Shown here: positions 40,358-49,586 of the stretch, one piece after another
Layout of the letters: every line of letters begins with the position of its first letter
How positions within the stretch are numbered: position 1 is the stretch's first letter
Assembly (NCBI GenBank): GCA_024699495.1
Contig: JAILPK010000036.1
Span: forward strand, 36,566-100,565
DNA: 64,000 nucleotides
Reading direction: 5' to 3'
Source of the DNA: Bacteroidaceae bacterium
Lineage (GTDB): Bacteria; Bacteroidota; Bacteroidia; Bacteroidales; Bacteroidaceae
Made by a program: the position numbers and the translations under genes
Notes under the pieces: model-generated
Databases searched by the model: none
What the model was told of the DNA's origin: nothing
What the model saw: the letters and a program-made list of their open reading frames with translations, nothing else

Positions 40358-41131
40358 GTGCTTTCATTCACTTCTCTTAAAACTGGTTATCGCTCGAGTC
40401 GCAGCACACACCCTGTAAGCTCAAATCTAAATGGGTCCCTCCAGAAGGGAGAATTAGTCTGTCTGCTTGGACCTAACGGGGCAGGCAAAAGTACTTTGGT
40501 CAGAACTCTCACAGCAACCATTCCGCCATTGGAAGGGCAGATTATATTAGCCAGCAAACCGCTTTCTGAATACTCTGCAGCCGAACGAGCCCGCCTCATA
40601 AGCATAGTTCTGACCAGCAGCGTCCCGCATCTCAATATGACTGTGCGCGAGGTGGTAGCATTAGGGCGAAGTCCTTACACAAATTTCTGGGGACGGCTGT
40701 CTGCAGCCGATGAGGAAGCAACCGACGAAGCTATCAAACTCATTGGCATAAGTAATCTGGCAAAACGCCCTATGCGGTCACTCTCCGATGGTGAAAGACA
40801 GAAAACCATGCTTGCAAAAGCCATAGCTCAGCAGACCCCATTGATTTTTCTGGATGAGCCTACTGCCTTCCTCGATTATCCAAGCAAAATACAGACTCTG
40901 ATTCTGCTCCGTCGTCTCACAAGGGAATTGAACAAGACTGTGTTTCTCTCCACCCACGATCTGGAACACGCTGTCGCGATGGCAGATAAGCTGTGGCTTT
41001 TGGACAAAGAGAAAGGATTGACTACAGGCACTCCGGAAGAGTTGGGTACTAATGGCCAAATTGCCCGCTACTTCAACTGCAAAGAACTAAAATACGAACC
41101 TTCAACAAGACAATTTGAAATCCAGCTCTAA
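40358..41131 (+). CDS. btuD: ABC transporter ATP-binding protein (BtuD/FepC-like)
   Basis: Walker A GPNGAGKST, signature LSDGERQ, Walker B IFLDEPTAFLD. The start is GTG. Confidence 0.8.
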   Translation: MLSFTSLKTGYRSSRSTHPVSSNLNGSLQKGELVCLLGPNGAGKSTLVRTLTATIPPLEGQIILASKPLSEYSAAERARLISIVLTSSVPHLNMTVREVVALGRSPYTNFWGRLSAADEEATDEAIKLIGISNLAKRPMRSLSDGERQKTMLAKAIAQQTPLIFLDEPTAFLDYPSKIQTLILLRRLTRELNKTVFLSTHDLEHAVAMADKLWLLDKEKGLTTGTPEELGTNGQIARYFNCKELKYEPSTRQFEIQL

Positions 41132-41174
41132 CTCAAAGAAAACCAACTTGTCAACTCGTCAACTATCATTTCCA

Positions 41175-42686
41175 ATGCACAATCTTTCACCCATAATGCT
41201 GGCAGGAACCGGCAGCGATGTAGGAAAAAGTATTATTGCCACAGCCCTCTGCCGTATATTCAGACAAGACGGCTATTATCCTGCGCCGTTCAAAGCGCAG
41301 AATATGGCTCTGAACTCGTATGCCACACCTGACGGGAGAGAGATTGGGAGGGCACAGGCTGTGCAGGCAGAAGCGTGCTGTCTGCCCCCCCACACAGATA
41401 TGAATCCGCTGCTGCTGAAACCCAACTCTGAGCATACGACGCAAGTGGTGCTCAATGGCAAACCCATCGGCAATCGCTCGGCTTACGACTATTTCCGCAG
41501 TGAGGGCCGCGACGAGCTGAGAAGTGAGGTTCAAGCTGCTTTTGACCGCTTGGCTGCAAGATATAATCCGATTGTCATGGAGGGCGCAGGAAGCATCGCA
41601 GAGATAAATCTTCGCGACAGCGATCTGGTAAATATTTCCATGGCCCGGTATGCCAAGGCTGATGTCATTCTTGTTGCCGACATAGACCGCGGAGGGGTCT
41701 TTGCCTCATGCTTCGGCAGCATTCAGCTGCAGGATGTTGAAGACAGGAAACTCATCAAAGGAATAATAGTGAATAAATTTCGCGGAGACATCCGTCTGTT
41801 TGAACAGGGGCGGCAGATGCTTGAAGAGACGTGTGGTGTCCCCGTGTTGGGAGTTCTCCCGATGTTCACAGACATCTTCATTGACGAGGAGGACAGCGTC
41901 AGTCTTGAATATAAACGCAGGGAGATGGCAGCAGGAAAGGTAAATATCGCTGTGCTCCTGTTACGTCACATAAGCAACTTCACCGATTTCGACACTTTGG
42001 AGCGTGACCCCAGGATAAACCTCTTTTACACAAATAACACAGCTGACATCGAACAGGCTGACATCATTATCATGCCTGGCACAAAAGCCACGCTGGACGA
42101 TTTGCTTGAGATACGCAAAAACGGGTGTGCCCAAGCCGTTGTCAGAGCTCATCGCAACGGACATATTGTAGTTGGAATCTGCGGCGGATACCAGATGCTT
42201 GGTCAGACGGTGAGCGACCCAGAGGGCGTAGAAGGTGACATACCGTCGCTTCCCGGACTTGGACTGCTCCCTGTGACTACGGTGATGACGGCCGATAAGA
42301 CTACGCGGCAGGTCTCTTTTGACTGGGACGGGCATCTATGTCGCGGATATGAGATTCATCAGGGCATCACCCAAAGACAGGGCGCCGCTGAAGACGCGCC
42401 CGCCGATGCTTCAGAGAATAGCATGTCGGGCGACAGTTCTCTCTTCACGCGCACAGACCATTGTCTTGGCACCTATATTCATGGATTTTTGGACAACAGA
42501 CCTGTGATAGACTCTCTTGTGCAGGCTGCTGGAGGAGGCAAAGGGGCTGCGGGCGCACAGAATTCGGATTGGCAGACGGAGACCTCGCTTGCCGCCTTTA
42601 GAGAGCAACAATATGACAAGCTGGCGGCTATGGTTCGTCAGCATATCGATATTCCAACACTTTATAAAATAATGAGTCATGATTAA
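41175..42686 (+). CDS. cobQ: Cobyric acid synthase
   Basis: IMLAGTGSDVGKS, NPLLLKP, and a GATase domain with ICGGYQMLG. The ATG at 41175 is preferred over the upstream TTG. Confidence 0.9.
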   Translation: MHNLSPIMLAGTGSDVGKSIIATALCRIFRQDGYYPAPFKAQNMALNSYATPDGREIGRAQAVQAEACCLPPHTDMNPLLLKPNSEHTTQVVLNGKPIGNRSAYDYFRSEGRDELRSEVQAAFDRLAARYNPIVMEGAGSIAEINLRDSDLVNISMARYAKADVILVADIDRGGVFASCFGSIQLQDVEDRKLIKGIIVNKFRGDIRLFEQGRQMLEETCGVPVLGVLPMFTDIFIDEEDSVSLEYKRREMAAGKVNIAVLLLRHISNFTDFDTLERDPRINLFYTNNTADIEQADIIIMPGTKATLDDLLEIRKNGCAQAVVRAHRNGHIVVGICGGYQMLGQTVSDPEGVEGDIPSLPGLGLLPVTTVMTADKTTRQVSFDWDGHLCRGYEIHQGITQRQGAAEDAPADASENSMSGDSSLFTRTDHCLGTYIHGFLDNRPVIDSLVQAAGGGKGAAGAQNSDWQTETSLAAFREQQYDKLAAMVRQHIDIPTLYKIMSHD

Positions 42687-43746
42687 CGGTCATGGTGACG
42701 ACTTATATAGATACGCAGATATATGCTATAATTTCAGCAGTAATATCTATAACCGCTTTTGCCACGACGGCCTTTATGAGTGCCTCGCGGCTGCGTTGCC
42801 GTCGGTGACTAACTACCCCGAACCGTCAGCAACCGCTCTGGAGGCGGCTCTTGCCGGGAGCATGGGAATAGAACCGTCGCAGGTGATTGCCACTGCGGGA
42901 GCTACTGAGGCCATCTACCTAATAGCCAACATGTTCCGACGCTCTACATCATTTATCTTTCAGCCTACATTTGCTGAATACGGTGATGCATGCCGAATTT
43001 ATGAGCATAGGATAAAGCCTGTTTATTCGCTTAATATAGCCACAGAATATGCGGCCGCGGCCAAAGAAGACAGTGTGTGGGACGAACGTCCGTCAGCTTT
43101 GTTCTGGTTATGCAACCCTAACAACCCTACGGGAATGGTAATTGATAAAGAGGAGATGGTCAGAGTCGTGAGCTCACATCCCAACTGCCTCTTTGTTATA
43201 GATGCCTCGTATGCAGACTATACTTCTTGCCCGACCATCTCGGCACAAGAAGGGGTGGCGTTGCCAAATCTGATTCTTATTCACTCGATGACCAAGGAAT
43301 ATGGGGTGCCTGGGCTGCGTCTGGGATATTTGACTGCTCCGTCGGCGTTGGCAGAGCAGATGAGGAGACTTCGTATGCCTTGGACAGTTAGCGCGCTATC
43401 CATGAGAGCCGCAAAATATCTGCTTGACAACAAGGCGAAATATCAGTTGCCATTGGAAGAACTACTGCGGCAGCGGCAGCGAATTGCTGACGCATTTGCG
43501 GCGACAAAGGTGATTGATGTTTGGCCTTCGGACAGTCATATTCTGCTCTGCCAACTGCGCATCGGCCATGCTTCAGCTCTGAAGGATTGGTTGGCAGAAA
43601 ACCGCCATATCCTCATCCGCGATGCCTCGAATTTCGAGGGCCTCGACTCCTCTTTCTTCCGCATCGCTGCACAAGGAGAAGAGGAGAACAGCATACTGAT
43701 AAACGCCGTTCGGGAGTGGATTAACCAACTCATGACGAACATCTGA
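42679..43746 (+). CDS. cobD: Threonine-phosphate decarboxylase (CobD-type class I/II aminotransferase fold)
   Basis: MINGHGDDLYRY start, LCNPNNPTG, HSMTKEYGVPGLRLGY (PLP lysine). Confidence 0.85.
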   Translation: MINGHGDDLYRYADICYNFSSNIYNRFCHDGLYECLAAALPSVTNYPEPSATALEAALAGSMGIEPSQVIATAGATEAIYLIANMFRRSTSFIFQPTFAEYGDACRIYEHRIKPVYSLNIATEYAAAAKEDSVWDERPSALFWLCNPNNPTGMVIDKEEMVRVVSSHPNCLFVIDASYADYTSCPTISAQEGVALPNLILIHSMTKEYGVPGLRLGYLTAPSALAEQMRRLRMPWTVSALSMRAAKYLLDNKAKYQLPLEELLRQRQRIADAFAATKVIDVWPSDSHILLCQLRIGHASALKDWLAENRHILIRDASNFEGLDSSFFRIAAQGEEENSILINAVREWINQLMTNI

Positions 43747-43920
43747 ATCCCGCCTCTCCCAAAAAAACAAAATGACACTCATAGCTCGCAGATAAGGATT
43801 TGAAGGAAAAGATTTTATATAAAAAGTCAATCTGAAAAAATAAAAGGCTCAAATAAGGGTCGTGCTTATACATAAGTGGCAGCTCTTACAAAATAACGGC
43901 CTAAAGAAAGAAAAGTAGTA

Positions 43921-44901
43921 ATGATAGCTTTAGTTTGCGGATGGTTATTGGATTTCCTGTTTGGCGACCCTGAGCGGTTGCCTCACCCTGTAGTCTATAT
44001 AGGCAGATGGATTGCGTTTTGGGAGAAACGGCTGAATCGCGGCAGCCACCGAACTCTCAAAGGTACTTTGCTGGCGGTCGGAACGATAGTTTTTAGTTTT
44101 GCTGTGATATATGCCATCATGCATTTCTTGCCGTCTTATCTGAATATCGCCCTAAGTATCATTCTCATCTTCTTCTGTTTGGCCGGTCATACCCTGCGCC
44201 ACGAAGTAAAGATGACGTTTGACGCGGTGGAAGGCAGCATAGAGGAGGGACGGACTCAGGTCGCCCGCATCGTTGGCCGTGACACAGGCGGGCTTTCTGC
44301 TCAGGAAATCCGGCAGGCTGCATTGGAAACATTGGCGGAAAATCTTTCTGACGGGGTGATAGCCCCTCTGTTCTGGCTCGCATTGCTGGGCGTTCCGGGG
44401 ATGTTCACTTACAAGGTCATAAATACTTTCGACTCTATGATCGGCTACCGCTCTGAGCGCTATAGGCAGTTCGGATGCTGGGCAGCTCATATCGATGACA
44501 TCGCCAACTATATCCCAGCAAGAATCACCGCACTACTGATTTTGCTCGGCGCACGTATTTACTTGTTGCTGTTAAATCTGTGTGGCGGCGTGTCGAAGGG
44601 CAAGAGCGCCCGGTTTCATATCGCTGGCTGGAGAGAAAATATCTCTTTCCTGCTACGTTACGGACCTGCTCACAGTTCGCCAAACAGCGGGTGGCCTGAG
44701 GCCGCTCTGGCCGCCGTACTCAACTGTCAGTTTGGAGGTACGCACAACTATTTCGGTCAGGCTGTGGAAAAGCCTCATATAGGAGATAACCCGCGCCCAC
44801 TTACCACAGCCGACTGCAGAATCAGCTTAGCCACAGCTCTCACCGGTGAGATAATTGCCATCATCCTAACAGCTGGATTTCTGTTGGTTTGTAGTTGGTA
44901 A
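43921..44901 (+). CDS. cbiB: Adenosylcobinamide-phosphate synthase
   Basis: LLDFLFGDPERLPHPVVYIGRWI and membrane topology typical of CbiB. Confidence 0.9.
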   Translation: MIALVCGWLLDFLFGDPERLPHPVVYIGRWIAFWEKRLNRGSHRTLKGTLLAVGTIVFSFAVIYAIMHFLPSYLNIALSIILIFFCLAGHTLRHEVKMTFDAVEGSIEEGRTQVARIVGRDTGGLSAQEIRQAALETLAENLSDGVIAPLFWLALLGVPGMFTYKVINTFDSMIGYRSERYRQFGCWAAHIDDIANYIPARITALLILLGARIYLLLLNLCGGVSKGKSARFHIAGWRENISFLLRYGPAHSSPNSGWPEAALAAVLNCQFGGTHNYFGQAVEKPHIGDNPRPLTTADCRISLATALTGEIIAIILTAGFLLVCSW

Positions 44902-45044
44902 GTTTTTTATTGGTGTCCTGTAAACCACATGTTCGTTAAGTTCAGCATTTTGCTAAACACATAAATGCTTATATAACTCTATTTCGAACGGCTCCCGCAA
45001 CCTCATTGAATGAGAGTGAAGTGACAGTGAGTCGAGGCTTATTT

Positions 45045-45178
45045 AATCTGAGACGGCCGTCTCAGATTCAGGTGACGGCTGTCTCAGATTCAGGTGACGG
45101 CCGTCTCAGATTCAGGTGACGGCTGTCTCAGATTCAGGTGACGGCCGTCTCAGATTCAGGTGACGGCTGTCTCAGATT
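45045..45178. repeat. Tandem array of the 22-bp unit GACGGCYGTCTCAGATTCAGGT (about 5.8 copies; C/T alternates, so the true unit is 44 bp)
   Basis: Copies lie at 45052, 45074, 45096, 45118, 45140 and 45162. The C variants contain the 10-bp palindrome GACGGCCGTC. The array opens with the 24-bp palindrome AATCTGAGACGGCCGTCTCAGATT. Confidence 0.9.
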
Positions 45179-45226
45179 AAATTAATGCTGATTCATGAAG
45201 AGTTGATGGTCGCTCAACGTGGAATT

Positions 45227-45308
45227 GTGAGACGTGTGAAGTGCAGTTGTGAGTAGTTCAAAGTAGAGTCGTGAGACGTGTGAAGTGCAGTTGTGAGTAG
45301 TTCAAAGT
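45227..45308. repeat. Two tandem copies (44-bp period) of GTGAGACGTGTGAAGTGCAGTTGTGAGTAGTTCAAAGT
   Basis: A 38-nt block is identical at 45227-45264 and 45271-45308. Confidence 0.9.
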
Positions 45309-45591
45309 GGAACCTGGATACGTCGGAAATACATCTGTGATTAGTCAAACTTGCAGTTGTCATACAGCATAAGTGCGGTAGTGCGTCATCTGCTTATAAG
45401 ACGTTTAATGGCTATCATCAATAAATATTGGGGTTTCTCACATGGTTTACGCCTTTAACATGGGCTATATAATGCAAAAAGAATACCCCAAAACCTATTT
45501 TTGAAGTGCACCCCAAAAGTTTTTGTCTAACTTTTAGGGGTCACATCATTTTACAGGCTTTCGGGGCAGGATTTTATTGCATTCTGAGTTT

Positions 45592-47064
45592 TTATGGTGT
45601 TTTTTCCGTATCAAATGGGGCGAATAGAGGGGCAGGGCCGTTTTCGGCCCAATACCAATGGGTGTAACCCCCGATTACGTTTTTATAGCGGCAGATGGGT
45701 GTTGAAACTGGTCTGCCTGAAGCAGAACTCTGAGCACAGATTACGGTCATGTCTGCATCTGCATCCTTTGTATCCATTCTGTCGATGAGCGACGAATAAT
45801 GAAATTCATGACCGCGCAGAGTAGAGCCGTTATGAGCAAGCCCGCTCGCTCTGATGGCATCAGTGGGAATCTGTCGATAACCGAGATGCAAACGTGCTTC
45901 ATGCATTGTGGTCTTCATGTGGAACACATCGCACATCTCTCGCCCGTCAATATCCTTGCATAAATACATAAACCCGCCACATTCAGCAATTATATGGCCA
46001 CCAGCCTCAGCAAACGCTTTTATCTGCTGGCGTATAGAGGTGTTAGCCTCCAGCTGCTCTGCAAATAGTTCGGGGTAACCGCCGGGCAGATAGAGCATGT
46101 CACAGACAGGGAGAGTCTTATCATTCAGGGGGGAGAAATAGCAGATGTCGGCGAACATGGCCAACGCATCTATATTCGCCTGATAGATGAAGTTAAAAGC
46201 CTCATCGCGGGCCACTGCCAGCGTCGGCCTTTCAGCCTTGCCCCGTCTTGCCGGCCACACCTGCCCGAAGGTGCTGAACACGAGTTGCCCAACATCCTGA
46301 CTGTTGCCGCAATCCCGTTTGGCGCAAACATCCAGCAGAGCGTCCATGTCAATATGCTTTTCCACTTCTTCTGCAGCGAGAGATATAAACTGCTCCATCT
46401 CCTCGCGGGCAGATATTGTCAGTCCCAAATGCCGGTTAGGCATAGAGAGACGGGGATTGCGGGGGATATATCCCAGACATCTGACCCCGACATCCTCGCA
46501 TGCCTTTCGGAGGAAGAGGTAATGGTTTTCAGATGCAACACAGTTGAAAACAACACCCGCCAGATATGTGTTTCTGTCTGCCGGATGCTGGTCATCAACA
46601 GCAGATTCTACTCTTCCGCCCCTATGCTGTTCAGCGCTCAGTCTCTCCTCAAGAAAGAGCTTGAAACCGAGAATCGTAGCCGCGACGCTGTAAGCCACCG
46701 AACGGGCATTCACAACCAGCACCACAGGCAAAGCACATACGTCTGCCACCTCAGCGCTGCTTCCCGCATCTCTGTCATAGCCGTCAAAGAGTCCCATAAC
46801 CCCTTCGGCAACACAGACATCCGCATCTTTTCCATAGCTCAGGAATATATTGCGGACATGTCCTTCCGAACTCATATAGGTGTCGAGATTGATGCTCTTG
46901 CGCCCCGCCGCCTGCTCGTGGAACATTGGGTCTATGTAGTCCGGGCCGCATTTATACGGCTGCACCCTGAGGCCTCGGTTGCGCAGGGCCCTCAGCAGGC
47001 CCATCGTAAGAGTCGTTTTGCCGCTGCCTGACATAGCTGCTCCTATGAGAAACTGGTATTTCAT
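45592..47064 (-). CDS. cbiA: Cobyrinic acid a,c-diamide synthase
   Basis: MKYQFLIGAAMSGSGKTTLTMGLLRAL...YKCGPDYIDP and a C-terminal GATase (ECGGFMYL). The internal ATG at 47064 was chosen because the longer ORF would overlap cobS. Confidence 0.85.
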   Translation of the reverse strand: MKYQFLIGAAMSGSGKTTLTMGLLRALRNRGLRVQPYKCGPDYIDPMFHEQAAGRKSINLDTYMSSEGHVRNIFLSYGKDADVCVAEGVMGLFDGYDRDAGSSAEVADVCALPVVLVVNARSVAYSVAATILGFKLFLEERLSAEQHRGGRVESAVDDQHPADRNTYLAGVVFNCVASENHYLFLRKACEDVGVRCLGYIPRNPRLSMPNRHLGLTISAREEMEQFISLAAEEVEKHIDMDALLDVCAKRDCGNSQDVGQLVFSTFGQVWPARRGKAERPTLAVARDEAFNFIYQANIDALAMFADICYFSPLNDKTLPVCDMLYLPGGYPELFAEQLEANTSIRQQIKAFAEAGGHIIAECGGFMYLCKDIDGREMCDVFHMKTTMHEARLHLGYRQIPTDAIRASGLAHNGSTLRGHEFHYSSLIDRMDTKDADADMTVICAQSSASGRPVSTPICRYKNVIGGYTHWYWAENGPAPLFAPFDTEKTP

Positions 47065-47072
47065 TTTCGTTT

Positions 47073-47849
47073 TTATGTCCTGGGGATTAAGAGGAAGAGA
47101 TAGAACGTGAGTTCTGTCAGTAAGAAGGCCGCTCCGCAGCAGTCGCCGGTATATCCTCCGATTCGATGACGCATGAACAGCAGCAGGCAAGCAAATACCA
47201 TTATTGCCGGGATAGCCGTTAAGGCCAGAGTCTCTGCGCAAGCAATGCTATTCGTCTGCAGCGCTGCAAACACTATTGCAGGCGCGATGCTCACAACCAG
47301 ACTCATCAGGCCCTCATCCCAAGGCGTGCGCGCATAGACCGTTCTGTTTTTGGCATCCTTCTCCTCCCGTGCGTAAGGCAGAAAACATACTATCGTTGAG
47401 CATAGCCCTTTGCATGCCGGGTCCGCCACAACAAATATCAACGGCGACACCTCCGCCTGCAGCAGAGAGATGAGAACCGATGTGAGCAAAAGATAATAGA
47501 AGAGCAGCCCCAACACGCCGTAAGTACCGATATGCGAGTCTTTCATTATTTCCAGCGTACGCTCGCGCGATATTCCGCCGCCAAAGCCATCGCAGAAGTC
47601 GGCCAGCCCGTCTTCGTGAAGAGCGCCTGTAAGCAGGGTCCTGCTCAGCAGGGCAAGCAATGCGCATACTGGAATCGGCAGCCCCACAGTCATCGAGCCC
47701 CAGCATGTCGCCGCCATCACTCCACCTGTAAGCCATCCCGCTAACGGCCACAAAGGCACCACGCCTCTGAAATAATCCTTTTCCACCTCTGCCAGGCGCC
47801 ATAATGGCAGACGGGTGAAGAAGATAAGAGCAGCCAGAATTCGCTTCAT
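47073..47849 (-). CDS. cobS: Adenosylcobinamide-GDP ribazoletransferase (cobalamin synthase)
   Basis: MKRILAALIFFTRLPLW and GALHEDGLADFCDG motifs. Confidence 0.9.
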   Translation of the reverse strand: MKRILAALIFFTRLPLWRLAEVEKDYFRGVVPLWPLAGWLTGGVMAATCWGSMTVGLPIPVCALLALLSRTLLTGALHEDGLADFCDGFGGGISRERTLEIMKDSHIGTYGVLGLLFYYLLLTSVLISLLQAEVSPLIFVVADPACKGLCSTIVCFLPYAREEKDAKNRTVYARTPWDEGLMSLVVSIAPAIVFAALQTNSIACAETLALTAIPAIMVFACLLLFMRHRIGGYTGDCCGAAFLLTELTFYLFLLIPRT

Positions 47850-47854
47850 CTGTA

Positions 47855-48901
47855 TCAGAAATATTTAGTTATATTCGCGTGTCCGAAATTATCCATCTCG
47901 TTTAACATCGCCACAGCCGACTGAACAATAGGGTAGGCTATCAGAGCTCCTGTGCCCTCGCCCAATCGCAGGCCGAGACTCAGCAGCGGCTCTACCCCCA
48001 TGGCATCAAGCATCAGACGGTGACCGCCCTCATCGCCGCAATGGCCGAATATGGCATAATCCATAACTGCCGGTTCAATGCGGCTTGCGGCCAGCATACA
48101 GGCAGTCATGATAAACCCGTCAACCAGAATGACCAGACGCCGCTCTGCCGCACGCATCATTCCTCCTATAGCTGCCGCCATCTCCAACCCTGCGAAATAC
48201 CGGGTGACCTCCGTCGGTCTCCCGCTGCTGTTGGCAGGAGTGAATTTGCTGTTGGCCACCGCCTGGCGCAGCACATCCGTCTTATGCCGCACGCCCTCGC
48301 TGTCGAGGCCGCTGCCGCATCCCACACATCTCTCCAGGGGAATATCCTCAAACAGATGCATAAGAATGCTCGACGGCGACGTGTTGCCTATGCCCATCTC
48401 TCCGAAACAGATTATATTGCACCCCGTATCAATGCAGGCATCCACTTGCTCTGCACCTACCCTCAGGGCCTGCTCCCACTCTACTGTGCTCATTGCCGCT
48501 TCGTAGAGGAAATTGCGGGTCCCACGGGCCACCTTCCGGTCTATGATTTTGGGATATTCTGCATGATTGAAGTCATAATCTACGCCTACGTCAACGATGC
48601 GCAACTGAAATCCATGCTGACGGCAAAACACATTCACCCCGCCTCCACCCAGGTCATAGTTCTGCATTTGCTGATAGGTCACTTCGCGGGGTGAGAGCGA
48701 CACCCCCTCACGCTCAATGCCATGGTCGCCGCCAAACAGAATATGGCAAGGGGCATTCAGCTGTGGGGTCAGCGTCTGCTGGATGAGAGCCACTTGCATC
48801 GCAATGCTCTCCAAACGTCCCAACGAGCCTTTGGGTTTATTCAGGTTGTCTATCTTCTCCTGAATGGCAAATCTCATACTCTTATCTGTAGCTTCAATCA
48901 T
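47855..48901 (-). CDS. cobT: Nicotinate-nucleotide--dimethylbenzimidazole phosphoribosyltransferase
   Basis: LNKPKGSLGRLE, GEMGIGNTS and LGEGTGA motifs. Confidence 0.9.
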   Translation of the reverse strand: MIEATDKSMRFAIQEKIDNLNKPKGSLGRLESIAMQVALIQQTLTPQLNAPCHILFGGDHGIEREGVSLSPREVTYQQMQNYDLGGGGVNVFCRQHGFQLRIVDVGVDYDFNHAEYPKIIDRKVARGTRNFLYEAAMSTVEWEQALRVGAEQVDACIDTGCNIICFGEMGIGNTSPSSILMHLFEDIPLERCVGCGSGLDSEGVRHKTDVLRQAVANSKFTPANSSGRPTEVTRYFAGLEMAAAIGGMMRAAERRLVILVDGFIMTACMLAASRIEPAVMDYAIFGHCGDEGGHRLMLDAMGVEPLLSLGLRLGEGTGALIAYPIVQSAVAMLNEMDNFGHANITKYF

Positions 48902-49416
48902 CTCTGTTTTATCGTTACGGGTATCCCGGAAATAAGCATTGTGACGCGGTCGGCTGCGGCTGCAATATGCTGGTTTAATCCTCCAAGCAGGTCGGCAAAA
49001 TGCCGTTGCACCCCGTTGGCGCTGATTCCGCCAAGCCCTATTTCGTTTGTTACAAAAATAAATGTCGCCTCTTGGGCTGTGAAGCGGTCAAACTCCTCGG
49101 TCAGTTCTTTCATTGCTGAATCCACATCCTTCGTCTGCCCGTCTTCCTGAAAGAAGAAGTTCGTGGCCCACAGCGTGCAACAGTCAACGAGCACTACCCG
49201 GCCGCGCACATTGTGACGACTCAGGCGGACCTCCTCCTCGATAGTAGTCCACTCCGGTCCGCGCCGCTCCTGATGGGCTCTCACCCGCTCACGGAATTCA
49301 TCGTCCCAAATATGAGCCGTTGCCATATAAATGGGGTTCTCGGAGAGAGAGAGAGCCAGATGCTCCGCATACACACTCTTTCCCGACCGCTGACCGCCAG
49401 TTACCATTATAATCAT
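48898..49416 (-). CDS. cobU: Adenosylcobinamide kinase / adenosylcobinamide-phosphate guanylyltransferase
   Basis: IIMVTGGQRSGKS P-loop plus a CobU-like remainder. It overlaps the cobT start by 4 nt. Confidence 0.9.
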   Translation of the reverse strand: MIIMVTGGQRSGKSVYAEHLALSLSENPIYMATAHIWDDEFRERVRAHQERRGPEWTTIEEEVRLSRHNVRGRVVLVDCCTLWATNFFFQEDGQTKDVDSAMKELTEEFDRFTAQEATFIFVTNEIGLGGISANGVQRHFADLLGGLNQHIAAAADRVTMLISGIPVTIKQR

Positions 49417-49500
49417 AATTCAAAACATTTATGATTCCGTCCCCCTCTCCACATGATTCGTATCCACTCCATTTGTCCTCCGAGGGGGCTAAAACGGGGC

Positions 49501-49508
49501 AAAGTTAG
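49501..49508 (-). promoter_or_regulatory. -7 promoter box (TAACTTTG on the - strand) for the cobU-cobT-cobS-cbiA operon
   Basis: TAnnTTTG match 85 nt upstream of the cobU ATG. Confidence 0.4.
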
Positions 49509-49586
49509 CAATTATAATCAATATAATAGTTGAAAATAATGAAAATTTATAATCTCACCAAATCTTCCCACAATTTAGGATATAAG

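Noticed and set aside
45052-45240. Multiple GAGACG/CGTCTC (BsmBI/Esp3I) sites in inverted orientation, suggesting a synthetic Golden-Gate cloning scar
   Set aside because: The sites are part of a regular natural-looking tandem repeat. There is no vector backbone, selection marker or other engineered sequence, and the flanking genes are syntenic biosynthetic operons.
45045-45308. Possible CRISPR array (short direct repeats, some palindromic)
   Set aside because: The repeats are directly tandem with no unique spacers. The units are 22/44 bp with strict alternation. There are no cas genes or leader anywhere in the window.
47065-47241. N-terminal 59-aa extension of the cbiA ORF
   Set aside because: The extension overlaps the 3' end of cobS and has no CbiA similarity. 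MKYQFLIGAAMSGSGKT at 47064 is the canonical CbiA N-terminus.
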